Assembly (NCBI GenBank): GCA_951406725.2
Contig: OX597823.1
Span: 111,476,001-111,540,000 of the forward strand
DNA length: 64,000 nucleotides
Reading direction: 5' to 3'
DNA from: Octopus vulgaris
Lineage: Eukaryota
The notes under the pieces were generated by a model, which made no database searches, was not told the DNA's origin, and saw only the letters and a list, made by a program, of their open reading frames with translations. This document shows positions 25,524 through 37,935 of this stretch, piece after piece (within the stretch, counting starts at the first letter, position 1; each line of letters opens with the position of its first letter). The translations under genes and the position numbers were made by a program.

Positions 25524-26536
25524 AGGTACTTGCCCAAGTTTCAGATTCAGGTTTGAATCTGAAACTAGATACTTGCAAACTGAACTTCTTAATCCCACCT
25601 CCAAGCTTGCACCTGTATATAATCTCTCAATTCTTAATTAATTGCCATGAATTGATGAGTTCATATATCCATCAGGATCAGCATCATTATTAAGCATCTG
25701 CTTTCTATGCTAGAATGGGTGAGATGGTTTGACTGAAAATGGTAATCTGGAGAGCTGCACCAGGTTCCAATCTGATTTGGCAAGGTTTCTACAGCTGGAT
25801 GCCCTTCCTAATGCCAACCACTCCAAGAGTGTAGTGGGTGCTTTTTACATGACATCAGCATTGGCCACAATTATACTTTCACTTGGTTTCACAAGTATTT
25901 CTCAAGCATGGCATATCGTGGCACACAGCTAGCAATTTAGAGAAAAGGGTAAGCTGGTTACATCAACCCCAATGTTCAGTTGGAAAAGGTGAAAGTGAAA
26001 GTAGATCTTGGTAGAGTTTTAACTCACAACATAAAGACAGATGAAAGACTGCTTAGCATTATGCCCTGCATGCTAATGATTCTGCCAATTAGCTGCCTTA
26101 TCGATGAGTTCATATATTGCCAGAAAATTAGGTGGCAACCTGCAAGAAATAGCAGCTACACTTCTCATGAATATGAGATCATGTCTTAGAAGGAAATTTA
26201 AAAAAAACACAAATTTAATAATGCATTGAATAATGTAATCTGGTGTAATCTTTGAAAAGGTAAGAAGGTCATGGCAGGAAAGGCTTACTCCATCAAAGCT
26301 GACCTGGGACTAAAGATGAGCAAAAACAACAACACCATTTATATAAACATGTTAATATATTTTTTTAATTCATAGAATAACAATGCTAAGGTGGATGTGA
26401 AGAGATTATTTTCATGGCCATTTAAAATTGCAGTCAAGCCAAGTCTTAGGTTCAGTTCATTAGGAGTATGAACTCAATACACAATACCACCTGGTAATAT
26501 TGTGGTATTTGTTATTGATTTTCTTATTTATACAGA

Positions 26537-27085
26537 GTTGGTCAAGCATGACCTTCGTACTTTGAACCTCACAGAGGCTATGACGAAAGACCGAGACCTC
26601 TGGAGATATGCTGTGACTTCGAAGACCCAACAAGTGAAGTGAATTCATGGCTTGCAGGACGGCCTGCTGTGCTAACCTTGGATCATAGAGTGACCCACTG
26701 TTCTTGAGGAGACCTATTGAGTCAAATACGTCAACACCAACATAAAAATAAAAATCAAATGGAAATTGTAGTTAAGATACCTGTGCCAGTGACACATAAA
26801 AAGCACCGTCCGAACATGGCAGAAGCCAGCGCCACCTGACTGGCATCCGTGTCGGTGGCACGTAAAAAGCACCAACCGATCGTGGCCGTTCGCCATCCTA
26901 CACTGGCCCCTGTGCTGGCGGCACATAAAAAACACCCACTACACTCACGGAGTGGTTGGCGTTAGAAACACTGCCAAATCAGACTAGAGCCTGGTGCAGC
27001 CTCAATGGCTTACCAGACATCGGTTGAACCGTCTAACCCATGCTAGAATGGAAAACGGACGTTAAATAATGATGATGAGGATGAT
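26537..27085 (+). mobile_element. RTE-clade LINE 3' end (ORF C-terminus plus structured 3' UTR)
   Basis: VKHDLRTLNLTEAMTKDRDLWRYAVTSKTQQVK* followed by three ~63-bp modules and a (GAT)n tail. Confidence 0.82.
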
Positions 27086-27259
27086 GACATATACTAAAGA
27101 TTATTGTAAGCAGCTAGCTGCAATGCAAAGCCATATAGGAAATATTTAGTCATCACTAATTGTGACTGTGGATGCTAAAAACACAGTTGTTATTGCTGCA
27201 TAAAAAGCTCATTTTTATATACTGGCAGGGTAGATAACTGCTCCATGAGCAAAGCTAAA

Positions 27260-27307
27260 GCACTGGACCGCAGTTTCGTCCTGTAATTTGGACTCATCAG
27301 TAGAGTC
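27260..27307 (-). ncRNA. Minimal type-I hammerhead ribozyme motif (canonical core, eroded stem I)
   Basis: Minus strand: CTGATGA GTCC-AAATTACA-GGAC GAAA C-TGCG-G TC CAGTG. Confidence 0.7.
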
Positions 27308-27574
27308 ACTCTATTTATTTGATGGACCAGCTAAATTCCTCTGTCAGTATATATATTTGGTGACAGGCACTAATGTATATGTACTAACACTGACTGTGAT
27401 AACTCTTCCAAGTCATGTTAATATATATATATGACTAAATGCATATATATGTATGTATATGTGTGCGAGTGTTTGTGCTTGTGTTTGTGTGTGTGTATGC
27501 ATGTGTGACTGTGTGTGTGTATTTGTGTGCTTGTATATATATAATGATAATAATAATAATAATAATAATAATAA

Positions 27575-28200
27575 ATGGTAAAATTAATTAATTAATTGAT
27601 AATTACTAATTTTACCAAGTAGTTCAGTACATTAAAATAACCTTTATGGGTAACATTATACAAAAATTCTATAATTATTAGCATAACTATAATCAGGGGT
27701 CAGCTAGTTGCTTCGCCATGCACTGAATTTAGAAATAGCAGTTAAAATACCATTTTGGAAGTGCTGGTTAAATATCAGTTATGGGATGATGTTTGATTGC
27801 GTACGTCTAAATCTCGTTCTTTCACACATTTATATTTGAAATGCTGTGTTGATGAGGTGAAATAAGTCAGTATAACTTTACTTTAATCCCAAAACGTATA
27901 TGTGGCTAATCTAAGTGGCTAATCTAAGTCATGTGGATTTGTTACTTTTTTCTCTTTGCCTACATAAAAAAGTTAGTGTCTGGGAAATATTCATGGTGAC
28001 CGCATGTGTACCGTTGGCGATTTTTTTTCCTCTGTCTTCCCTTCTCTGGATCTTTCCTTCTCCTATGTTTCCGACGAAGAGCTCTAATCGAAAAGTTAAA
28101 CCCTCCTTCTTTCCTTCTTTCCTGAGCGTCCAGTAATACTATATTTGTTCCACGTCCTCGCGTTGTTGTGTTTTTTTGTGCTTTCTTGTTTGGATTAACT
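27575..28200 (+). mobile_element. PLE pseudo-LTR-like repeat with degenerate hammerhead-like motif (~28065-28102)
   Basis: GTTT CCGACGA A GAGCTCTAATC GAAA AG TT AAAC; same layout as 20593-20630. Confidence 0.5.
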
Positions 28201-28526
28201 ATATGTATATATATAAATATATATATATATATACACTCATATATATATGTGTGTGTGTGTGTGCTCTATGCAATTCTAAGAAATTGTTCTCTACTCATAG
28301 CCACTTTGCTACAATAGTGACAACATGAATTTCTTCCAGCTTCTTGCTCTGTTAAAATATGTAAAAAAAAATATATTATTGTGTCCTACTTGTTAAAAAA
28401 TACTATATTTTGTGCAGCTGAAGATAGCACTGCATTTAAATTGAATTAATGACTGCATTGTTCACTTAAATGGAGCTGCTTGAAACGGCTGTACTGCATT
28501 ACTACTTGATATCCTGTTGCTCATTT

Positions 28527-28572
<46 letters not shown>

Positions 28573-28968
28573 GTACATATCTCAAAATACTGGCTAATCC
28601 TATTTCTCATCCTATTATTCATGCTTCTTTCACTCATGATTCTCACTCTGTAAAGGGAAAAGTTTTGAAAATCATTAGTCTTATAATGAACATGAGAATT
28701 TCTTAGTAATGTACCATGACAAAAAAAGAAACTAACCAGTATTTGGTTGGTGTTAGGAATGGTATTTACCATAAGAATCACACTCCAAAATGAAATGCAT
28801 GCAAGAAGCTGCCTGTCAACCCATCTAAATGATGGGTACTTATGAATGTGTACTGACACTGACTGTGATAACCCCTCTAACTCATGTCAGCATGAAAGGC
28901 CCACATGAAGCAATGAATACGTTGATGTATGCATATATGTATGTGTGTGTGTAGGATTATCTGTACAT

Positions 28969-29053
<85 letters not shown>

Positions 29054-30099
29054 ATATATATGTGTGTGTATGTATATATATATGTGTGTGTATGTATATA
29101 TATATGTGTGTGTATGTATATATATATGTGTGTGTATGTATAATGTATATTAGCTCTTGTAGTTGTGTACTATTTTTGACATAAAGTGAAAGAGATGTTG
29201 TGGAAGATGATTAATACTGCACACACAAACACACACAAACACACACACACATCACACACGTACACACATGCGCATGCATGCATAAAAGCAAACAAAAAAA
29301 AAATTGATGGAATGGCACAAAAAAAGAAAGATGAGAAAAGCACAAACAAAAAAATAACAAAAGAAGAATTAGAATAACAAGGATAATATTTACAAAAAAT
29401 ATACCAACATATAAAATTTTGATGTCAAAGAAGAATTAAGTAATATTTCCAAATCATATTGCACAAATTCAATGAATTTCTAAACAGGAATCACAGAATG
29501 ATACATATATATTAAATTCTTATACTGTATGTTTGTAGTCTGTACGATATTTATATCTTCTCATTTTTTGTTTGTTTCTTTTATTTTATCCAATTTATTT
29601 GCATAACCTCTAGCTCCAGTGATATAGAACTAAAGGTCTATGAAACAGAGAAATATATAACGTCACAAATGATGATGATGATGATGCTGATTGTAATGAT
29701 AGTGGTGATGATGGTGATGGTGATGAAGATGAAAAGGATGGTGATGGTGGTGGTAGTAGTAATTGAGTGTTCATCGATTATGTCCAATCCAGTACTTGAC
29801 CATTATTTTATTGTGTTGGCCCTGGAGGAATGAAAAGCAAATTTGACCTAGATGATATTTGAACTCAGAATATAAAGTGCTGCAAAAATAACCCAAAGAC
29901 TTTTTTCTAATACCCTAATGATTTTGCCAGACCGTTGACCAAATGAGAACTGTTTCTATTTTAGGTACAAGATTAACGGTTTTGGAAGGAGGGATTTATT
30001 TAATGCAACGATCACATTACTGAGTGGTACTTTATTATACTGGAGGAAAGGCAAAGTTAATCTCAGTAGGATTTGAACTCTGAACATAAACATCCATGT

Positions 30100-30570
30100 G
30101 GCAAGTGAAATCGAAGTCAAAATCAAACTCGGTCACTGGCATCCGTTGCTAGTGGAGTGCTAAGAGTACCATATGAGTGAGATCGTTGCTAGAGCAAGAA
30201 GTTGGCCTTTGTGCCGGTGGCACGTTAAGCACACCATTCAAGCGTGATCGTCACCGCATCACCTTACCAGCACTTGTGCTGGTGGCACATGAAACATTCG
30301 AGCAGTGTCATCGCCAGTGCCACTGGACTGGCTCCTGTGCCGGTTGCATGTAAAAAGCACCATTTGGGCATGGCCATTGCCAGTACCACCAAACTGGCAT
30401 GTAAAAACACCCACTACACTCTCGTAGTGGTTGGCGTTAGGAAGGGCATCCAGCTGTAGAAACTCTGCCAGATCAGATTGGAGTCTGGTTCGCCAGCACT
30501 CAGTCAAATTGTCCAACCCATGCTAGCATGGAAAGCGGACATTAAATGATGATGATGATGATGATGATGA
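30100..30570 (+). mobile_element. RTE-type 3' UTR copy with four structured modules
   Basis: GTGCCGGTGGCACG-type repeats, AGGAAGGGCATCCAGCTGTAGAAAC, (GAT)n tail. Confidence 0.78.
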
Positions 30571-30651
30571 AGAAGAAATACTGCAAGCCATTTGGCTGAA
30601 ATCTCTAATTATTCTGCCAATCCATTGTTTTAACAATAACAACAACAATGC

Positions 30652-31197
30652 TGCAGAATGAGCCATTTAAAGAACTTGATAAAGACAGGGATTGATAAAA
30701 CTTGGAGAGCAATTGCAGAATCTGTGGGAAAGGAGATGAAAGTATTAACAATCTCTTATGTCAATGCAGTAAGCTAAACAAAGGGAGTAAGTGCAGGCAT
30801 GGCAGTTTGTAAAAGACAGTGTTGGGATGTTAGCCATGAGTGTGGCTCAAAGTGACAGAGAGGTGGTATGAATATGAGCCAGAGGCTGCTATGATCAGTA
30901 ATAATTATAGGATTTTATGAGATTTTCCCACAATAATTGGCCATACTATTGAAGCTAGGGAACCAGATATGACTAGAGGGGAAAAAACACAAAACATTGT
31001 AAGATCATAGATTTTCTTACACCACAAGATAATAGAGTAGATTCCAAAGGAATTGAGAAAATTGAAAAATATCAAGGCTGAGCCAGAGATGAAGATATTA
31101 TGACAAAAATCCTAAGAATCCGAAGAAAAATTCCTGAAATTTGAGGAGAATTGTAATCAAATCTAAAGAGAGAATTTCTACTTACTAAAGTAACATC
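30652..31197 (+). pseudogene. Degenerate R4/Dong CCHC + restriction-like endonuclease fragment ending in (TAA)n
   Basis: CRICGKGDESINNLLCQCSKL, WYEYEPE, HTIEAREPDM, CKIIDF..P.DNRVDSKGIEKIEKYQ. Confidence 0.8.
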
Positions 31198-31235
31198 TAA
31201 TAATAATAATAATATATTATATAATAATAATAATG

Positions 31236-31293
<58 letters not shown>

Positions 31294-31322
31294 CAACAAC
31301 AACAACAATAATAATAATGATG

Positions 31323-31371
<49 letters not shown>

Positions 31372-31556
31372 GCACTGGCACTAATGACTTTTGATCTTAA
31401 CTGATTCGAACTGTTATCATGTACATGTTTTGTCTTGGTATAAAAGATGGGCTATTCTGCTCAATACCACATATTTGCTTGTCAGTTGCATGACCTTAAT
31501 CAGTTGAGCATGTCCTTTGCTGGCTGACAATATGTGTATCTGAGATCATAAACAGA
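31372..31556 (+). mobile_element. Partial copy of the (TAA)n-associated non-coding module
   Basis: Homologous to ~37395-37590 and 53381-53520. Confidence 0.75.
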
Positions 31557-32503
31557 GGTTGAGATGTAAGTATAGTTAACTTTTTGAGTCATAACAATTC
31601 GTAAGGACTGGTTTCCCAGTTTCTTGGTGAATATATTCCCTCCTGGACGGGACGCCAGTCAGTTACAGGGTTGCTCATTTTTGTTAGCTGAGTGGATTGA
31701 AACAACATGGAATGAAGTGTTTTCATCAAGAACACAATGCGTCACCCAAACCAAGAATCGAAACCACAATCTTACAATCATGAGTTCTACACACTAGCCA
31801 CTGAGCCACACACCCCTACAGAGGTTGTGATGACCAGGAACCAATTACACTTAAGTTTTTTTTTATAAACGTTTATCTTCTCCTAGAAGGAAGTTATAAC
31901 AAAAAACTAGAGTTTCTTTACTCCCAGTGGTTCACATGCTTATTTACCCATAGTTGGGACCCTAACTAGTGCTTCCATTTTGGGGCAGGGTAGAGGTTGG
32001 AACAATAGGGGCTAAGAAAAGGTTCCAGACTTCTCAAAGCTCTGGAACTCCTGAACCAGGGTCACAATACCAGATGAAGTTAAGTCATAACTCAGGAAAA
32101 AAACACACACACACATAAATATATTAACATACATGCATATATATTTACATATACATACATTCGTGTATATATATCATCATCATCATCATCATCATCATCG
32201 TTTAACATCCGCTTTCCATGCTAGCATGGGTTGGGTGATTTGACTGAGGGCTGGTGAAGCAGAAGGCTGCACCAGGCTCCAATCTTGATCTGGCAGAGTT
32301 TCTACAGCTGGATGCCCTTCCTAACGCCAACCACTCTAAGAGTGTAGTGGGTACTTTTACATGCCACCGGCACGGAGCCATTCAGGCGATACTGGCAACG
32401 ACCATGCTCGAATCTTTTACACATGCCACTGGCACAGGTGCCAGTGAAGCGGTACAGGCAACGACCTTGCTCACACATACACATATACATAAAAATCTAT
32501 ACA

Positions 32504-33440
32504 TGTGTAGTTTGGTCAATAAGCATCCAAACTGTTGCCATAGTAACGAAGCTAAAGTACACAGAGTGAAGCTGCTGGGCACAGATTGATCTTAAACTCT
32601 GATGTCTATGCGCACTAAGTTTTAACATTCTAACTCACTTCTGTTGTTTACAGCAGTGCTTGGAAGGAAGGGGTTTAGCATGTGATTGCCGCATTAGAGA
32701 AAGCTGATAGGGCAATACCTGCTCAGAGGCCTACGCAAGGTTGAAGAAAGTGTATGGAGAGAAGTGTACGATCCACACACAAGAGAACAAGTGATACCTG
32801 CGAGGTTTATGTAAAGTTTTCAAAAGGTTTTCATCATTCTTGACACAATCAAGGAGATTTTGTGCAACTGAAACCCGGGTGTCTTTTTAGTCAGATGAAA
32901 GCAGTTTTGGCTCAAACTTGGCAGATACACATCTCATACCTAAATCTTCAGTGATATTGGACTGAACTGAGCTGCAACTTATCTGCACATCCACTGATAA
33001 TTCACGGATGGGGATTTGACAATGTCCCCTCACAGCTGCACTCACATCCACGCTGTTTTTCTCATTTCTGCTGGTTGTGTGTCTCCCAGAAAGTTTGTCA
33101 ATAACGACTTTTTCAGCCATCTTGGAAACGTCTGACCCACTTGTACACATGTGTGTGTGTGGCTCATACACTCCTCTCCATACACTTTCTGCAACCTTGC
33201 GTAGGCCTCTGAGTATGTATCGCCATGACAACTTTCTTTGTCATGGTCAATGTGACAAGCACACACTACACACCTTCCTTCCAAGCACTGCTGTTAACCA
33301 CAGAAGTGAGCTAGAACGTTAAGACTTAGTGTGCATGCACAGTAGAGTTAAAAGTCAATCTTTGCTAAGCAGCTTTACTCTGCATACTTTAGCTTTGTTA
33401 CTATAGCAACAGTGCGGATACTTATTGACCAGACCTTATA
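32504..33440. mobile_element. Mariner-derived fold-back element with a transposase N-terminal fragment on the minus strand
   Basis: ~280-bp inverted arms beginning ..GGTCAATAAG; TA at the right end. Translation gives YSEAYARLQKVYGEECMS...SGRHTTSRNE...IRELS..QISCSSVQSNITEDLGMRCVSAKFEPKLLS (HTH plus WVPHEL-like linker). Confidence 0.88.
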
Positions 33441-33880
33441 TACACATTTATTTATAAATGTGTGTAATTGAGTGTGTGTAACTGAGTGTGTGTGTATGTG
33501 TGTGTGTGAAGGTGAATATGTATGTATATGTGTGTAAGCGTATTTGAATAGTTATATTCCACACTTGTCACTGCATGAATGAAGTTCTGCTAATTTTCAG
33601 ATTCTTTTCTAACGTTCCTTGCTGACATTATGACCAGTTGCTCTGAGGCTTTGAAAAGGTGTGGAATAAAGAAATTCTTTATTTGAAAAACAGATGAAAT
33701 TGACAGAGAGGACATCTGGCCATAAAATTTTTCCTGAAAATCAATTTTTACCAAATTATGTCTGCATGAGATATATTAACATTATATATGTATGTATGTA
33801 TGTATGTATATACATATATATGTGTGTGTGTGTGTGTGTGTATGTGTGTGTGTGTATGTGTGTGTTTGTGTGTGTGTGTA

Positions 33881-33930
<50 letters not shown>

Positions 33931-34152
33931 TATATACATATATATACATACACATATATACATATATATACACACACACATATATATATATATGACTGGA
34001 GCCTGGTGCAGCCTTCTGGCTTCCCAGAACCCCAGTCGAACCGTCCAACCCATGCTAGCATGGAGAACGGACGTTAAACGACGATGATGATGATGATGAT
34101 GATATATATATATATATACACACATATGTATATATACATACATAATACACAC

Positions 34153-34185
<33 letters not shown>

Positions 34186-34407
34186 CATGCATGCACACAC
34201 GCACACACACGCACACATGTATATGTATATACATATATATGAGTGGACAAGTGAAAGAATGTGGCACTCGACACATTTGGTAGGAGTTACCTATATTATT
34301 TAATAAGAGTTTGATTTGGTTCCATGCAGCTTAAAGATTTGTAGGCTTATCATCAAACACCTGAAACTCTGAGCCATGTGGAACCAAATTAGATTGTTTA
34401 AATATAT

Positions 34408-35155
34408 CATCATCATCATCATCATCATCATTTAACGTTCGCTTTCCATGCTAGCATGGGTTGGACGGTTCAACTGGGGTCTGGGGAGCCCGAAAGCTGC
34501 ACCAGTCCAGTCAGATCTGGCAGTGTTTCTACAGCTGGATGCCCTTCCTAACGCCAACCACTCCGAGAGTGTAGTGGGTGATTTTATGTGCCACCGACAC
34601 AGGTGCCAGACGAGGCTGGCAGACGGCCACGCTCGGATGGTGTTTTTATGTGCCACCGACACAGGTGCCAGATGAGGCTGGCAAACGGCCACGATCGGAT
34701 GGTGTTTGTTACATGCCCACAGCACGGAGGCCAGTCGGTGCAGTACTGGCTACGGCCACGTTCGGATGGTTTTCTTGTGTGCCACCGGCACTGGTACCAC
34801 AAAGATACAAATTCCATTGATGTTCATCTATTTTGATTTGTTTTGATTTGATTTGATTTGATTTGTTTTGATTTCATTTTGATTTTCACTTGCCTCAACA
34901 GGCCTTCACAAGTATCACAAGGAGGAAGGTATGCACAGGTGGACTGACTACGTCCCAGGTAGGGGCCATGGGATATGGCCTGACTAGTCTTGCCGGGTCT
35001 TCGGATGGTGTTTTTATGTGCCACCGACACAGGTGCTAGATGAGGCTGGCGAACGGCCACGATCGGATGGTGTTTGTTATGTGCCCACAGCACGATGGCC
35101 AGTCGATGCGGTACTGACTACGGCCACGTTCGGATGGATTTCTTGTGTGCCACAG
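34408..35155 (-). mobile_element. RTE-type 3' end with expanded and rearranged structured modules
   Basis: Reverse complement of the family; about seven modules in two blocks around (TTTGA)n. Confidence 0.8.
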
Positions 35156-35287
35156 GCAATATCAAACCCACAAGAGAGACAGAGACAGGAAGAAACAAGG
35201 AAAATGCCACTTGTATTTCAACACTATGGAAATATTCTTCTTAAAAACATTTCTTTTAATTTTTCCCAAATTTAATTGTTTTCCATA

Positions 35288-35332
35288 CATTCAGTTGAAA
35301 AAGTCTCAATGACTGAAACCGGTACTGAAATG
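35288..35332 (+). ncRNA. Degenerate minimal hammerhead motif
   Basis: TTCAG TTGAAAA AGTC-TCAAT-GACT GAAA CCGG TA CTGAA: stems intact, core differs from CTGAAGA at two positions. Confidence 0.55.
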
Positions 35333-35397
35333 TTTTTTATAAAATTATTTTAGCATTTTCCATCTTGACTCTTTTTTCCATATATATATATATATAT

Positions 35398-35810
35398 CAC
35401 CATCATCCTCTTCATTGTTTAACGTCCGTTTTCCATGCTGTCATGGGTTGGATTGTTCGACTGGGGTCTGGGAAGCCAGGAGGCTGCCCAAGGCCCCAAT
35501 CTGACCTGGCAGTGTGTCTACAGCTGGATGCCCTTCCTAACACCAACCACTTCTAGAGTTTAGTGGGTGCTTTTTGCCTGCTACCAGCATGGAGCTCACA
35601 ACTACAATTTCCATTCGATTTGATTTTGATATTGCTGATGTTGATGTACTTGACTCAATAGGTCTCCTCAAGCATGGCATGTCACCTACAATCCAGGTGG
35701 GCTGGTTATGTGACACTGGTAAACGTTACAGCTGTGGATTGACTTTATTTGTCGGGTCTTCTCAGTTACAGCTTACCTCCTGAGGTCTCAGTCTTTTGTC
35801 ATTGCCTCTG
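35398..35810 (-). mobile_element. RTE-type 3' end, internally deleted
   Basis: Reverse complement of 26537-27085, lacking most modules. Confidence 0.75.
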
Positions 35811-36169
35811 TAAGCTTGTTGTTGCATATCAGGCAACTAGTTTTCTGGTCGTTTGTTTCCACAAAGAAGTACTTTTCTCCCACATTCTTTATTGAAAATG
35901 TGACATTCATCATCAACCTTTCTCTTCTTAGTAGTCATAACGATGGGTGAAGAAAAAACAAAAACAGTCTTAGGCCTCGTTGTCAGATATTCTCATTTCA
36001 ATTGTAATCACTAATCCCTCACTAACCTGAGGCACACGTGATGCACTGTAGTAATTATTATGGTGCGTGAAATACATAGCACGTGAAGTGACTGACTCAG
36101 TATACATACGACATGCATAATCTAAGAAGTGTAAGAAGCAGTATAAAACCATGTTTATTTTTTTCAGCA

Positions 36170-36242
36170 TAAGTCAGCAGGCCGGACAAATTGACATCAT
36201 GGGCTGGATGTGGCCTGCGGGCCGTAATTTGGTGAGTCATGA
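36170..36242. mobile_element. hAT/Charlie-like terminal fragment
   Basis: GGGCTGGATGTGGCCTGCGGGCCGTAATTTGG resembles Charlie subterminal GGCC repeats. Confidence 0.5.
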
Positions 36243-36741
36243 CATACATGCATACAAAAATACTCTGTTGATTTTATTGAAATTCCAATGAAGGAACCCT
36301 GTATCTGGGTTAGAAACCAATTCTTTCTCTATTGGCAAGAACTATTAAAATAAAATTGAATATTGACATACATACATGTAAATCTGTTAAATGAGTAATT
36401 GATATAGTGTCAGGAATTGGTTAACTTTATGGAAGCTATTATAACGTTATTAGTACATAACATCAATCTTGGAGAGGTTAGAATTGATGAACTGACCTTT
36501 GTAAATGACTGGTACATATTAGTTCTACCCAGGAATCATGCAATGTAAAGTTAATCAAATCAATACATACCATCCAATCCCAGGAATATAAATATTCAGC
36601 AATGCAAAATATGTATGGTTGTAATTCATTGTTATTAATTGTAGAATACTAATTAAACTTTTGCATTAATGAGTTAAGCAGAGTGGATTCAAACTTATAT
36701 ATTAATAATGATGATGATGATAATGACGATGATGGTGATGA

Positions 36742-37290
36742 TGAGGCACAAACATGACTGTATAGGTAAAAGAGTGCATTGGGATGTTAGCTTGAAAAAA
36801 AATAGGAAAATGGAACGATCAGGAATTAGAGGCTGTGATAGAAAATGAGTTACAAGCTCTTGTGGGATTTCTCTATAAAGACTGACTGTACTGTGAAAGC
36901 AAGAAGACCAGATATGATTATCTGGTCTTTTTGCTTCAAAACAAACAAACAGTGCAAGATCATAGATTTTTCCAATTTCATATGATAGCAGAGTCAATAC
37001 CAAAGAAAGTGAGGAATCTGAGAAATATCTTAGAAAGCTGAGGAGACTGCGGGAGACTAAAATGACAACTGTTCCTGTAGTAATTAGTGCACTTGACTCA
37101 ACGCCCAAAATGCTACCTAAAAGACTGAAAGAGACTGGAATTGAAATTTGTATTAATGACCCGCAGAAAAGTACCATCCTATATTCTGCAAGGATCCTAA
37201 GATAAGTTCTCAAGATTTGAGGAAACTTGTTTTCATCAAACATCGAAATAAAATACCTGCTAACTAAATTAACATGCACCAGAGTAAAAA
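36742..37290 (+). pseudogene. Degenerate R4/Dong RLE C-terminal fragment followed by a TAA-rich tract
   Basis: HDCIGKRVHWDV, LLWDFSIKTDCTVKARRPDMII, VPVVISALDSTPKMLPKRLKETGI, QKSTILYSARIL. Confidence 0.82.
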
Positions 37291-37374
37291 GAATAATGAT
37301 AATAGTAATAATAATAATGATAATGATGATGACAACAACAACAACAACAACAACAACAGCAATAATAATGATAA

Positions 37375-37935
37375 TATGCCCTGATGCAGTACCAGGCAGT
37401 GGCTCTCGTGGCTTCTGATCTTAACTGATTGGAAGTGTTATCATTTACATTGTTTTGTCTTGGTATAAAAGATGGGCTACAGCAAATATTCTGCTCAATA
37501 CCACAGATTTGCTTGTCAGTTGTTTGACCTTAACCAGTTGAGCATGTCCCTTAGTGGCTGACGATATGTGCATCTCTGATCACAAGCAGAAGTAGTTGGG
37601 GAGCATCATAGCCATGTGTTGAGAGGATTTTCTCTGGGGTTTGAATAATTCACCTCTGGAAACATGAGTGTCTCGTTCAACATCATTAAACAACCCTTAT
37701 TCAGAGACCGTTTGAGCAGGATGGGCTACTCAACCTGAAGAAAATTCTAACTGGGGCCCCACTTGCAAGGTCATGTGCTGTTTATCTTGATATGAGATCA
37801 CGATATCGTGCACATATGATTGTGATGCCTGTGCCTAGTGTACCCTTATCTAACGGGTAGTGAGCATGGGTATACTAGGCTTCATATATTTTACCCCAGT
37901 GTCACTTTGATGGCATGCACTGCTCTCTTGCTCAA
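37375..37935 (+). mobile_element. (TAA)n-associated ~560-bp non-coding retroposed module
   Basis: Closely similar to 53381-53865 with a shared 3' end (GCACTGCTCTCT..CTCAA then a TAA/TGA tract). Confidence 0.8.

Noticed and set aside
34575-35155. CRISPR-like appearance (conserved blocks separated by variable segments)
   Set aside because: The variable parts are short homologous hairpin loops, the array sits inside a dispersed retroelement in eukaryotic DNA, and there are no cas genes.
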